A DNA stretch of 64,000 nt from contig JBKOZJ010000043.1 of NCBI GenBank assembly GCA_046725875.1, positions 2,608-66,607 of the forward strand, written 5' to 3'. The position numbers were made by a program, and so were the translations under genes. The DNA comes from Actinomycetota bacterium (lineage in GTDB: Bacteria; Actinomycetota; Actinomycetes; JAKEEW01). The notes below the pieces were generated by a model. The model saw only the letters and a list, made by a program, of their open reading frames with translations, made no database searches and was not told the origin of the DNA. Shown one piece after another: positions 23,830 through 33,613 of this stretch. Every line of letters begins with the position of its first letter. The stretch's first letter is position 1.

Positions 23830-25719
23830 TCAGGGCAGCCGGTACACCCAGATGCTGTATCCGATGAAGGCGATCGGCGGCTGACCCCTAATCAAGTCGG
23901 CGTAGTGATCCTCGTCGCTGTTGAACCACGTCACCGTAATAGCCAACAGCCCATGCACCTCCTCCGGCGCGACTTTCAGCGGGTCCCTGGCCCGAATGCC
24001 ATAGTGCTCAGGGTCGCCGCGCGTTATTGGGATCAACCAAACAGGTTCGTCCGGCCAATGCTTCCCGAGGTAGCGACCCAACCGCCGCAGGTCCTGTCCC
24101 CAGTCGACGTTGGAGTCGCTGAGGTGACGGTGGGTCTGCGACGGTCCTCCGAAGGCCTCGTTCGAGTACGGCAGGTAATAGGGGAACGTGCGCAGAGAAC
24201 TGATCCCCGTCAGGGCGACGAGAGCGAGCACTGCGGGTAGGACCCAACGGCGACGACGGTGGACGAGCACGGCCGCCGCACCAACCGCAAGGAAGAGCGG
24301 CAGCCAGATTACGTACCGGACACCGAAACCGCGTCCGCCGAGCATCGATACGAATAGAAGCACCCCAACGGGCAGCAACACATATGGCACCGCCGCGCGC
24401 AGGTGCCGAACGGCCAGTAGTGTTCCGACACCGGCGAGCCACAGCAAGAGCATGCCCACCGGCGCCTTAACCAGGATGGTGGCCGGGAAGTAATACCAAG
24501 GGCTGCGGTCGTAATTGTGCCCGAAGAGAAACGCGCCGGAGAGTTCTCGTTCCATCGTGACCTGCACGAGCAGGCCATCCCGGTAGGCCTGCGGTAGCGG
24601 CAGCGACCGAACGACCAGTCCCCACAGGCCATTCAGCGGGGCCGCGCTCGACGGGGTCGTGAACCGCAGTCGGGTATCGACGGCCAGATACGTCAACCAC
24701 ACCACCGCCACGGCCAGCAAGCCGAACAGCGCTGGGGCGGCGGCGACAGGCACCACCCGACGCCAGACCGACGGAGCACGGGTCGGCTGGCCGGCGCGCC
24801 AGATCGAGAGCCCGGCTAGGAAGAGGAACACCGGGAAAACCGCCAGCGCGGTCATCTTCGTGGCCATCGCACAGCCGTAGGCGAGCGCGGCCAGCGGCAA
24901 GTAAAGCCATGGTCGCCGCCGGGCCCGCCACAGCAGCCAGGCGGAGGTCAGCAGAAACCCGGCCATCGGCACGTCGTTGGTGGCCAGCGAACCGTGCGCG
25001 ATGACATCCGGCGAAAAAGCGTACAAGCCGAGTCCGACCAGGCCTCCCACATTGCCCAGCAGGTCCCGACCAAAGGTGAAGACGACCAGACCGAACAGGA
25101 GCGTTAGCACGATCATCGGCAGCCGGGCCAGGAACACTAGGCGGTCGCCGTCATTGCCCTCCCCGTACAGCACGCGCCTGCCGATCTGCCCTTGGTTGCC
25201 ATGAAACGTCGGATCCAACCGCACATCGGCGAAGCTCAACCCAACGGCGGACAGCAGCTTGGCCAGCGGGGGGTGCTCAGGATTGATCTGCAAGTCATGC
25301 CGGGTCATGTAGACAACCGCGGCGCCGACGTATACCACCTCGTCGGGGACCGGAGACTGCTCCCGGGCCGCGGTGACCATTCCGACCGCCATCTGGCCCA
25401 GCAGGATCGAAATGAGCAGCGGGAGCAACCATCGCCGGTAGCGATGCCAGCCGCGCCGCGACGAGTTCCAAATTGGCCGAAATCGATCACTCAGCCGTCG
25501 AAGGTCGCGCCGACGGCTGAGCTTTTGCAGCTGGGCTTCTTTCGTAGGTGCGGGCGAGAGTGGACGCTCGCTGCCTACCTCCGATGTGCGACTTGGCGGC
25601 GTTGGTGCCGCGCGCCTGGCGCCTCTCGCACGCATACCGTTAGCGTGCCATTGGGTCGCGTCCGCGAGCCGACCGAGCGCTCCCCCGGCGGACAATTGCA
25701 AGAACTGCGCTGAAGACAA
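23830..25719 (-). CDS. GT-C (ArnT/PMT, GT39-like) lipid-carrier-dependent glycosyltransferase; true start probably downstream of 25719
   Basis: DEVVY...NPEHPPLAK, many TM helices, LSDSNVDWGQDL. Confidence 0.82.
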   Translation of the reverse strand: MSSAQFLQLSAGGALGRLADATQWHANGMRARGARRAAPTPPSRTSEVGSERPLSPAPTKEAQLQKLSRRRDLRRLSDRFRPIWNSSRRGWHRYRRWLLPLLISILLGQMAVGMVTAAREQSPVPDEVVYVGAAVVYMTRHDLQINPEHPPLAKLLSAVGLSFADVRLDPTFHGNQGQIGRRVLYGEGNDGDRLVFLARLPMIVLTLLFGLVVFTFGRDLLGNVGGLVGLGLYAFSPDVIAHGSLATNDVPMAGFLLTSAWLLWRARRRPWLYLPLAALAYGCAMATKMTALAVFPVFLFLAGLSIWRAGQPTRAPSVWRRVVPVAAAPALFGLLAVAVVWLTYLAVDTRLRFTTPSSAAPLNGLWGLVVRSLPLPQAYRDGLLVQVTMERELSGAFLFGHNYDRSPWYYFPATILVKAPVGMLLLWLAGVGTLLAVRHLRAAVPYVLLPVGVLLFVSMLGGRGFGVRYVIWLPLFLAVGAAAVLVHRRRRWVLPAVLALVALTGISSLRTFPYYLPYSNEAFGGPSQTHRHLSDSNVDWGQDLRRLGRYLGKHWPDEPVWLIPITRGDPEHYGIRARDPLKVAPEEVHGLLAITVTWFNSDEDHYADLIRGQPPIAFIGYSIWVYRLP

Positions 25720-25733
25720 GCCATGAGGCGCGA

Positions 25734-26336
25734 ATGCGGATCATCATGTTGGGCAAGCCGGGCACCGGCAAGGGCACGCATGCCAAGCAGCTCGCCCGGG
25801 AGACCGGGGTTGCACATATCTCTTCAGGTGAATACCTGCGCGCCGAGATTGATCGCGGTACAGAGCTTGGACGCGGGGTGGCCGGCTATATGGCACGCGG
25901 CGACCTCGTGCCGGACGATCTGATCTTCGACATCCTCAGGCCTGTGATCGTCAGGGCCGCTCGGGAGACCGGTGGCTTCATCCTGGATGGCTTTCCTCGC
26001 ACTCTGCCCCAGGCCCTGCGTGCGGCGCAGCTCGGTCTCGCGCTGCACATTGTGAGCGACGCTGCGGTCTACCTGACGGCTCCCGATGAGATCCTGGTGG
26101 CGCGGATGTTGGACCGCGCGAAAGCCGAGGGGCGTACCGACGACACGCCGGCCGTGATTCGGCATCGCCTCGATGTGTTCGCGGACGAAACAGCTCCGCT
26201 GGTCGAGTACTACCGAGGCCGGGGAATCCTGGTGACGGTCGACGCAAACCGTCCCTTGGATGCCGTACAGGCGGACATCCGCGCGCAGCTGACTGCGCAA
26301 GGAGTATCTGGCGCTCGTGCGGGCGAGTCGGCGTAG
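25734..26336 (+). CDS. adk: Adenylate kinase (short, LID-less type)
   Basis: GKPGTGKGT, HISSG, GDLVPD, ILDGFPRT, GRTDD. Confidence 0.9.
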   Translation: MRIIMLGKPGTGKGTHAKQLARETGVAHISSGEYLRAEIDRGTELGRGVAGYMARGDLVPDDLIFDILRPVIVRAARETGGFILDGFPRTLPQALRAAQLGLALHIVSDAAVYLTAPDEILVARMLDRAKAEGRTDDTPAVIRHRLDVFADETAPLVEYYRGRGILVTVDANRPLDAVQADIRAQLTAQGVSGARAGESA

Positions 26337-26417
26337 TCCTCTGCGGCTCAGTGAGGGTGCGCCGTAGATCGACTGTCCGCGGTCCCTGTCGGTGCGTGGC
26401 GTTGGCAGCACCTCAAG

Positions 26418-27269
26418 CTACCGGGGCGGGCCGGCGCGGAGACGGTGTTCGGCGGACTGGCGGACTTTGTCGGGATCCATCTCGGACCAGTCGGCCTCGA
26501 TCCACCAGTTGGCGCCCGCCCCAAACCACGGCCGCACCTTTGCCGCGGCGGCCGCGGGATCGTCCGCAGGTGTGGCGCCCTCGAAGGTCACCGCGTAGGA
26601 GTCCATGGAAAGGCCCGCGCTGGCGCGCTGGTCTCGGATCCAAGCGACCGCTTCGGCAAGGACCTCCGGTGTCATCTCGGCGTAGCCGGAGTGGTCGACC
26701 GGCAGATAGGTCGGCAGCCACCCATCCCAGCGAGCGGCCCGCCGCATAGACTTCATCCGCGGCCAAGCACCCACCACCCAGACCGGGATTCTGGGCTGCA
26801 CTGCCGGCGGCGGCAGGATCTCGTCCGACTGCCGGATGGTCCGGTAATGCGCGCCGTCATAGGAAAACGCCTGGCCGCGCCACAGATGCTCCAGCATGGC
26901 GAGCCCCTCGTCGAGTAGCTCGGCGCGCACGCGACGACCGGGGTCGTCCTCAAAGAGCCACCACCGCGGCCCCGCCTCGATGGGCACGCCGAGGCCGACC
27001 GGGAGGATCACACGCCCACCCGACAGGTTGTCGAGAGTCGCAGTCTGACTCGCGAGCTCCCAAGGCCGGCGCCGGGGTATCGGAGTGAGCATGGTGCCGA
27101 GCAAGATGTGCTCGGTCCGCATCGCCGCCGCGGCAAGGGACACCCAGGGGTCGATCGACCAGACGCCTTCCCATACGAAGAAGGCGTCCCAGCCGTGCTC
27201 CTCCGCGATTGCCGCCAGCTCGGCCGCACTACGCGCATCCCCATAGGGCAGGACGAATCCATGCTTCAC
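26418..27269 (-). CDS. LLM-class flavin-dependent oxidoreductase
   Basis: DPWVSLAAAAMRT, ATLDNLSGGRVILPVGLG, PRIPVWVVG. Confidence 0.9.
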   Translation of the reverse strand: MKHGFVLPYGDARSAAELAAIAEEHGWDAFFVWEGVWSIDPWVSLAAAAMRTEHILLGTMLTPIPRRRPWELASQTATLDNLSGGRVILPVGLGVPIEAGPRWWLFEDDPGRRVRAELLDEGLAMLEHLWRGQAFSYDGAHYRTIRQSDEILPPPAVQPRIPVWVVGAWPRMKSMRRAARWDGWLPTYLPVDHSGYAEMTPEVLAEAVAWIRDQRASAGLSMDSYAVTFEGATPADDPAAAAAKVRPWFGAGANWWIEADWSEMDPDKVRQSAEHRLRAGPPR

Positions 27270-27314
27270 GGTCGGCCACGGTAGCGGCGCAGTCCGACAG
27301 ACGAGTCGGGGAGG

Positions 27315-27362
27315 AAGTTACTAGTGAGTAGCATTTTCTCTGTTAAGTTACCGGTGAGTAGC
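27315..27362. promoter_or_regulatory. Tandem 18-bp operator-like repeats
   Basis: AAGTTACTAGTGAGTAGC (27315-27332) and AAGTTACCGGTGAGTAGC (27345-27362), 16/18 identical. Confidence 0.7.
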
Positions 27363-27388
27363 GAGCGTCTCATGCAGAAGGACCGACG

Positions 27389-29239
27389 ATGGGCCACTAC
27401 AAGAGCAACCTGCGGGATCTCGAGTTCAACCTGTTCGAGATGTTCGAGCGAGACAAGATCCTCGGCTCCGGCCCGTACACCGAGATCGACGTCGAGACAG
27501 CCCGCACGATCCTCGCCGAGGTAGAGCGGCTCGCCACGACCGAGCTCGCCGACTCGCTGCTGAGCTCCGACCGAAACCCGCCCGTGTACGACCCGGCTAC
27601 GCAGACCGTCACGATCCCGGAAGACTTCAAGCGCTCGTTCCGCGCCTATCAGGACGCGGAGTGGTACCGGCTCGACTTGCCGGCTGATCTCGGCGGCATC
27701 GTCGCACCTCCCTCGCTGCGCTGGGCAGTCGCCGAGCTGGTCCTTGGTGCGAACCCAGCGGTCCACATGTACGCGAGCGGAGCGAGCTTCGCGCACGTGA
27801 TTTGGGAGCTCGGTACGCCCGAGCAGCGCAAGCTCGCGCGGTGGATGGCCGAGAAACGGTGGGCGGCGACCATGGTCCTTACCGAGCCGGATGCCGGCTC
27901 GGACGTCGGGGCCGGGCGCACCAAGGCGATTCGGCAGCCGGACGGCTCCTGGTACCTCGAGGGCGTTAAGCGCTTCATCACCGGCGGCGAGCACGACCTG
28001 ACCGAAAACATCGTCCACCTGGTGCTGGCGCGGCCGGAGGGCCACGGGCCGGGGACGAAGGGGTTGTCGCTCTTCGTGGTGCCGAAGTACCTCGTCGACC
28101 TCGACACGGGCGAGCTGACTGAGCGCAACGGGGTCTACGCGACGAACCTCGAGCACAAGATGGGGCTCAAGGTGTCCACGACCTGCGAGCTCACTTTCGG
28201 TGCCGAGCACCCGGCGAGGGGGTGGCTGCTCGGCGACGTGCACGACGGGATCGCGCAGATGTTTGTGATCATCGAGTACGCGCGGATGATGGTCGGCACC
28301 AAGGCGATCGCCACGCTGTCAACTGGCTATTTGAACGCCTTGGAGTACGCCAAGACGCGGCTGCAGGGCCCGGACCTGACCCAGTCGACGGACAAGACCG
28401 CGCCGCGGGTGCCGATCATCCGCCACCCAGAGGTGCGCCGCAGCCTGCTGATGCAGAAGGCGTACGTGGAAGGCATGCGCGCGCTGGTCCATTACACGGC
28501 CACGTTCCAGGACGCCGCGCGGATGGCCCGGGCCGTTGGTGAACGGGACGAAGCGGCGGAGCGGATGAGCGACCTGTTGCTGCCAGTGGTCAAGGGCGCC
28601 GGCTCGGAGCGGTCGTATGCACTGCTCGCCGACGCCCTGCAGATCCTCGGCGGGTCCGGTTATCTGCAGGACTATCCGCTGGAGCAGTACATCCGCGACG
28701 CCAAGATCGACACTTTGTACGAGGGGACGACCGCGATCCAGAGCCTCGACTTCTTCTTCCGGAAGATCGTGCGAGACCGCGGAGATGCGCTGGCGGCGCT
28801 GCTGCGTGAGATCCACGCCTTCGCCAAGGGCGACCCGGGGAACGGCGGGCTGGCGGAGGAGCGAGAGCTGCTGGCGGCCGCCTTGGAGGACGTGCAGGGC
28901 ATCGTCGGTGTGATGGTCGAAGCGCTGACGTCATCCCAGAGCGGCTCGGCGGAGGACGCGAAGGAGCTTTACAAGGTCGGGCAGAACCCGCTGCGGCTGC
29001 TCATGGCGGTTGGTGACCTCGTCATTGGATGGCTGCTGCTTCGGCAAGCCGCCGTGGCGCTGGCGGCCCTGTCTCGTTCTGGTGCGTCGCTGGATAGGGA
29101 CTCGCGGGCGTTCTACGAAGGCAAGGTCGCGGCGGCGCGGTTCTTCGCGTCGAACGTCCTGCCGCGGTTGGCTGCGGAGCGCGCCGCCGCGGCGGCCGTG
29201 GACAACTCGATCACGGACCTAACGGACGACGCGTTTTAG
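27389..29239 (+). CDS. Acyl-CoA dehydrogenase (FadE5-like)
   Basis: [54 protein letters not shown]. Confidence 0.95.
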   Translation: MGHYKSNLRDLEFNLFEMFERDKILGSGPYTEIDVETARTILAEVERLATTELADSLLSSDRNPPVYDPATQTVTIPEDFKRSFRAYQDAEWYRLDLPADLGGIVAPPSLRWAVAELVLGANPAVHMYASGASFAHVIWELGTPEQRKLARWMAEKRWAATMVLTEPDAGSDVGAGRTKAIRQPDGSWYLEGVKRFITGGEHDLTENIVHLVLARPEGHGPGTKGLSLFVVPKYLVDLDTGELTERNGVYATNLEHKMGLKVSTTCELTFGAEHPARGWLLGDVHDGIAQMFVIIEYARMMVGTKAIATLSTGYLNALEYAKTRLQGPDLTQSTDKTAPRVPIIRHPEVRRSLLMQKAYVEGMRALVHYTATFQDAARMARAVGERDEAAERMSDLLLPVVKGAGSERSYALLADALQILGGSGYLQDYPLEQYIRDAKIDTLYEGTTAIQSLDFFFRKIVRDRGDALAALLREIHAFAKGDPGNGGLAEERELLAAALEDVQGIVGVMVEALTSSQSGSAEDAKELYKVGQNPLRLLMAVGDLVIGWLLLRQAAVALAALSRSGASLDRDSRAFYEGKVAAARFFASNVLPRLAAERAAAAAVDNSITDLTDDAF

Positions 29240-29398
29240 GAGAGCTCTGATTCACTCGCCCTGCTGCGCGTCGCCCGGACGCCGACCGGCTGCGTTCTCG
29301 CTCGCCCAGGTAGCGCCGCTACGAGAGCTCGCTGCGGCCTTGCCGGATCGACGCCCGTTTCGCCGCTCGCGACGGGCGGGCAAATCATCACCCTCCTA
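29237..29398. mobile_element. MITE/REP-like palindromic element (~162 bp)
   Basis: 25-bp imperfect terminal inverted repeats (18/25), TA at both ends, central hairpin GTAGC-gcc-GCTAC, no ORF. Confidence 0.65.
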
Positions 29399-29420
29399 GT
29401 CTCGCGGCAGACGGCCATTG

Positions 29421-30533
29421 CTAACGGATGTCGGCGGCCCTCGTCTGCTGGCGATGCTGCGCTGCCCACGCCTCGAGCTGGGCAACGAACGCGTGGCCAT
29501 ACCTCGGCCACGCGTAGTGCTCCAAGGCGGCGTTGTGACCGTTGCGACCCAGCTCGGCACGTAGCTCCGGATCGTTGTGGAGTCTCTTGATCACCTCTAC
29601 GGCGGCAGCGGCGTCCTCGAAGGGCACGAGGATCCCCGCGCCGTGCCGTTCAAGGAGGTCCCTGGACGGGCCACTAGGGGTCGCAATGACGGGGACGCCG
29701 CGGGCCATGTACTCGAGCACCTTGGTCGGCCGAGAGTGGCGATAGTTCGGCTCGTCGTGGAGCAGCGAGAGGCCTGCCAACGATCCCTCGATCAGGCCGA
29801 GCGCCGTGTCGTTCGGGACAAACCCATGCCACTTCACGTGGCCGGCAGCCGCGGCCGCCTCGAGCGCCGGGCGCACCTCATCGTCCGCCCCGCCGATCAA
29901 CTCGACGCTTATCGCGGCCCCGAGCAGCCGACCGACTTCGATCATGTCGAGTGCACCCCGCGCGCGGGTCAGATGACCGAGATACACGACGCGGTCGTAG
30001 CCCGGCGGCCGAACGGTCTCGGGTACCCATGTGGTGTTCGGGACGATGGGATGCGGACGGCGAAACCGCTCCTGGTATGCCTCTTCGGCCAGCAGTAGGT
30101 GATATCGCCGCTCCGCGTACCTCTCGGTGAACGCCACGCCGGCCCGAGCGATCCCCCGCAGCGGTCGAGGAAACCATGCCTTCAGCGTGAGGGCCGCGGC
30201 CGTGTCCTCGTGTACATCCCACACGACCGGCGGCAGGCCTCGCACGCCGCCAACGGCAAGAAGTAGCTCAGGATCGTGTAGCACGATGACGTCGGCGGTC
30301 GTTCGGCGCGCCTTGATTACCTTGCGGGCGGCAGCGATCGCCGCCAGCCGATGTCGCCCAGTCGCTCGCGGGAGAGTGACTGCCGTGACGTCACCGGCTG
30401 GTTGGACACGCGTGGCTTTGAACGGAGCCGCGTAGGTGACCTCGTGACCCGCGGTGAGGAGCGCACTGATCTGACGATGCCGAATCCGTGCGTCTTCCGG
30501 GTGATGGACGATCGTTACCACGAGGATCCGCAC
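29421..30533 (-). CDS. GT4 glycosyltransferase
   Basis: HHPEDARI, LHDPELL, WDVHED, PTKVLEYMARGVPVI. Confidence 0.9.
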   Translation of the reverse strand: MRILVVTIVHHPEDARIRHRQISALLTAGHEVTYAAPFKATRVQPAGDVTAVTLPRATGRHRLAAIAAARKVIKARRTTADVIVLHDPELLLAVGGVRGLPPVVWDVHEDTAAALTLKAWFPRPLRGIARAGVAFTERYAERRYHLLLAEEAYQERFRRPHPIVPNTTWVPETVRPPGYDRVVYLGHLTRARGALDMIEVGRLLGAAISVELIGGADDEVRPALEAAAAAGHVKWHGFVPNDTALGLIEGSLAGLSLLHDEPNYRHSRPTKVLEYMARGVPVIATPSGPSRDLLERHGAGILVPFEDAAAAVEVIKRLHNDPELRAELGRNGHNAALEHYAWPRYGHAFVAQLEAWAAQHRQQTRAADIR

Positions 30534-30590
30534 AGCGGCCTTCCTTCTCCCGAATCCAATCCGGAGCAATTGCCGGACAGGGTACGTCCG

Positions 30591-31847
30591 TCAGAGACGC
30601 TCCACCCCGGGCGCGCCGACCTGGCCGCGGGTATCGAAGAGGACCTGTGCTTTGGCGGCCAAATCAGCTCGGTCGTAGCAGCTGTGACTCTGCAGCAGCA
30701 CGGTGATGTCAGCCATCGCCGCCTCGGGGACCGGATCCGCCACCCGCTCGATGGATCGGCCGCTCACACTCCATTGCCGAACAAACGGGTCGTGATAGTG
30801 AAGCTCGGCCCCAAGTGCAAGGAGGTGCCGTGCCACCGCTGTCGCCGGAGATTCGCGCTGGTCGGCGATATCCGGCTTGTACGTTACGCCGAGCAGCAAA
30901 ACCCGGGAATCCCTGAGGGGCTTCTTGTGCGCGTTGAGGATTTCCTGCACTCGCCGGACGACGTACCCCGGCATCGCGTTGTTGATCTCCTGAGCGAGCT
31001 CCACGAAGCGGAACGGGTAGCCGAGCGTGCGCACCTTATAAGACAGATAGTTCGGGTCGATCGGGATACAGTGCCCCCCCACGCCGGGACCCGGGTAGAA
31101 CGCCTGGAAGCCAAACGGCTTGGTCGCCGCGCACCTGATCACGTCCCACAGGTCCACGCCGAGCTCCTGGCAGAACTTGGCCATCTCGTTTACCAACGCG
31201 ATGTTGACGTGCCGGTATGTGTTCTCGAGCAGTTTCGCCATCTCGGCTTCCCTGGTACCTCGCGCACGCACCACCGTCTCGACGAACTGGCCATAGAAGG
31301 CGGCTGCCCGATCGGCACAGTCGCCCGTCTGCCCTCCGACGACCTTTGGGGTATTGGCGAGCCCGAACACGGGGTTGCCCGGGTCGATCCGCTCCGGGGA
31401 AAAGGCCAGGCTGAAATCCCGGCCGGCGATCAGACCGCTCTCCTCCAGGATCGGCCGGACGACCTCGTCGGTGGTGCCCGGATATGTGGTGGACTCGAGG
31501 ACGATGAGCATGCCGCGATGGAGGTGCCTGGCAATAGTTTGGGTGGCGTTCACCACTTGCGTGAGATCTGGCCCGCCGTGATCGGAGAGCGGGGTGGGAA
31601 CGCAGATGGCCGCGGCCCCAGCGGTCGAAACGACGGTGTCATCGGTGGTCGCTCGGAAGCCGCCGGCCAGCATGGCCGCGATATCGGCATCCGACAGATC
31701 ATCTACATGGGATCGGCCGGCATTTAGGCCTTCAACGACCCGCTGGTCGAGGTCGAAGCCGGCAACGGAGAGTCCTGCCCGGGTCGCCTCCTTGGCGAGT
31801 GGAAGGCCCACGTAGCCAAGACCGAGGACAACGAGATCGACTGTCAC
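30591..31847 (-). CDS. Nucleotide-sugar (UDP-HexNAc type) 6-dehydrogenase
   Basis: GLGYVG, CVPTP, ESTTYPGTT, KLLENTYRHVNIA, GVGGHCIPIDP. Confidence 0.93.
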   Translation of the reverse strand: MTVDLVVLGLGYVGLPLAKEATRAGLSVAGFDLDQRVVEGLNAGRSHVDDLSDADIAAMLAGGFRATTDDTVVSTAGAAAICVPTPLSDHGGPDLTQVVNATQTIARHLHRGMLIVLESTTYPGTTDEVVRPILEESGLIAGRDFSLAFSPERIDPGNPVFGLANTPKVVGGQTGDCADRAAAFYGQFVETVVRARGTREAEMAKLLENTYRHVNIALVNEMAKFCQELGVDLWDVIRCAATKPFGFQAFYPGPGVGGHCIPIDPNYLSYKVRTLGYPFRFVELAQEINNAMPGYVVRRVQEILNAHKKPLRDSRVLLLGVTYKPDIADQRESPATAVARHLLALGAELHYHDPFVRQWSVSGRSIERVADPVPEAAMADITVLLQSHSCYDRADLAAKAQVLFDTRGQVGAPGVERL

Positions 31848-31848
31848 T

Positions 31849-33348
31849 CTAGGTCGCTCCTCCGCGTTTCTTGAGGCGGTAATAGCGGCGAATGATCTTC
31901 ATCCGGGAGCGCCGATACTCCTCTGATGCCCCAGTGATCAAGTGCTCGATCACATATGGCGACCGCATCGTCTCGGCATCGATGCGCTCGGTCAGCATCG
32001 CGGGCGTCCAAGGGCGATCCTTCATATCAATGGGGGTGCTCGCGCCCGATGCGGGATTCGCGAGCTCAACGGCTAGCCGCCGGCCCCGGCCGACCTGCGC
32101 AGGCCTCCGCAACACCCGGCGAATGACGGAGGTGACGGACGGACCGAGCGCATCAGCCGCAGCCGCCTTGGTGGCGAACCAGGCCACCGTGGCGCGCTCA
32201 CGCATAGTCGGCCGATGGGCGATGAAGCCGCCGATGAGTCGGGCGAGCGTGTCGGCCGTCGCCGAACCGCCGGTCGGTGCCGGGAGCGCCGCGCAAGCCA
32301 CGGCGATCTCTTTACGCTCCACTTGGTCGCACAACCGCGACACCTGCGCCGTCACATCGTCCGCGTCCAGCTCATCTGCGACAAGTGCGAGCCCTTGTCC
32401 GGCCGCCCATCGTGCGCGAGCTATCTGGTCATCAGTCGTCGAAGACCGGTTGGGGACGAAAACCGTCGGGACTCCCGCCAGGAGCAGCTCATGGAAAGCG
32501 TTGTAGCCAGCGGCGCTTACGGCCACATCGAACGCCCGAAGGTACCGAGCGAGCGGGTAGACCTCTCCTAGTGGCACGACGCGCGCGGGATCGATGAGCG
32601 GTATCTCGTCATTCGCAACATGAGAACGGGTTACCGCGACCTGCCAACCAGGATTGGCCAGGAGTGCGCGCACCGCCCCAGCGCCCGCCGCCCTGACGTC
32701 GTTGAGGCGGCCGGAGCTAAGGGTGACAAGCGCGGTCGGCATGCTCGGATCAAGGCCGAGCGCCCGAGCCGCATCCGTGCGCGACAGGGCCGGCATGAAC
32801 TCCTGCAACGTCACCGGCGGTACCCGGACCGAGTCCGTGAGCGGCGCGGTCGGACCCTCGTCTGCGCTAGCAGCAAGGTCTCCGGGCTCGATCACCAGAT
32901 CGAAGAAGGGGCGGCTCCGCAAAGCACTGGTGCTCGAGTTCGGCTTCCACATCCCCCGGCGTACCCACACGAAGGCAACCTCTGGAAGAGCCGTTCGGGC
33001 GTGAAGCAGGCCGAGATAGGGCACAACGCCATCGAAGACGACCATATGTGTGCCGGTCTCTCGAACCAGCGCAAGGAACCGATCGCGAAGATAACTGTGC
33101 CACCGCGAGCGCGGCACCCAGTTGCGGTCATAGCTCGGGCAGTACTCCCCACGAAGGCCCAGCTTCGAGATCACCGGGAATGCCGTTGAGAGGGAGAAAA
33201 TGGCTGGGTCGGCGAGCCCGGAAAGTCCGAGCGCGACCACAAGTTGCCGGGTGAGGTGGCCCTGTCCGGTTCCGTTGCTGGTTGCGAGGAGGACAGGTGG
33301 AAGGCCCGGCGCCGTCCGTTCCGCGTGTCCGAGGCTTGAAGCCGTCAT
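31849..33348 (-). CDS. GT-B fold glycosyltransferase (MurG-like motifs)
   Basis: SNGTGQGHLTR, VSAAGYNAFHE, DDQIARA. Confidence 0.78.
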   Translation of the reverse strand: MTASSLGHAERTAPGLPPVLLATSNGTGQGHLTRQLVVALGLSGLADPAIFSLSTAFPVISKLGLRGEYCPSYDRNWVPRSRWHSYLRDRFLALVRETGTHMVVFDGVVPYLGLLHARTALPEVAFVWVRRGMWKPNSSTSALRSRPFFDLVIEPGDLAASADEGPTAPLTDSVRVPPVTLQEFMPALSRTDAARALGLDPSMPTALVTLSSGRLNDVRAAGAGAVRALLANPGWQVAVTRSHVANDEIPLIDPARVVPLGEVYPLARYLRAFDVAVSAAGYNAFHELLLAGVPTVFVPNRSSTTDDQIARARWAAGQGLALVADELDADDVTAQVSRLCDQVERKEIAVACAALPAPTGGSATADTLARLIGGFIAHRPTMRERATVAWFATKAAAADALGPSVTSVIRRVLRRPAQVGRGRRLAVELANPASGASTPIDMKDRPWTPAMLTERIDAETMRSPYVIEHLITGASEEYRRSRMKIIRRYYRLKKRGGAT

Positions 33349-33613
33349 CGCGCCTCAGCAATCTGACAGTTCATCATTCAACGTACGTGAACACTCCGTG
33401 TGAGGCTGGGCACAGCGACTTCCCGTGCGCCTGAACCGACCCCAGAGGCTAGCATCCGCGTCGGCTTACATCGTCGGCTCGACCAGCCGGCGCGGAAGCG
33501 ATGAGCGCAAGGACGCGCCGGTCGGCGGCTGCGCGGGCCGCCAACCACCCGCCCGTTACCCTGATCGTCGTGCAGGATGCCAGGCCCGACCCGTCGAACG
33601 GCGGAGGAATCCG

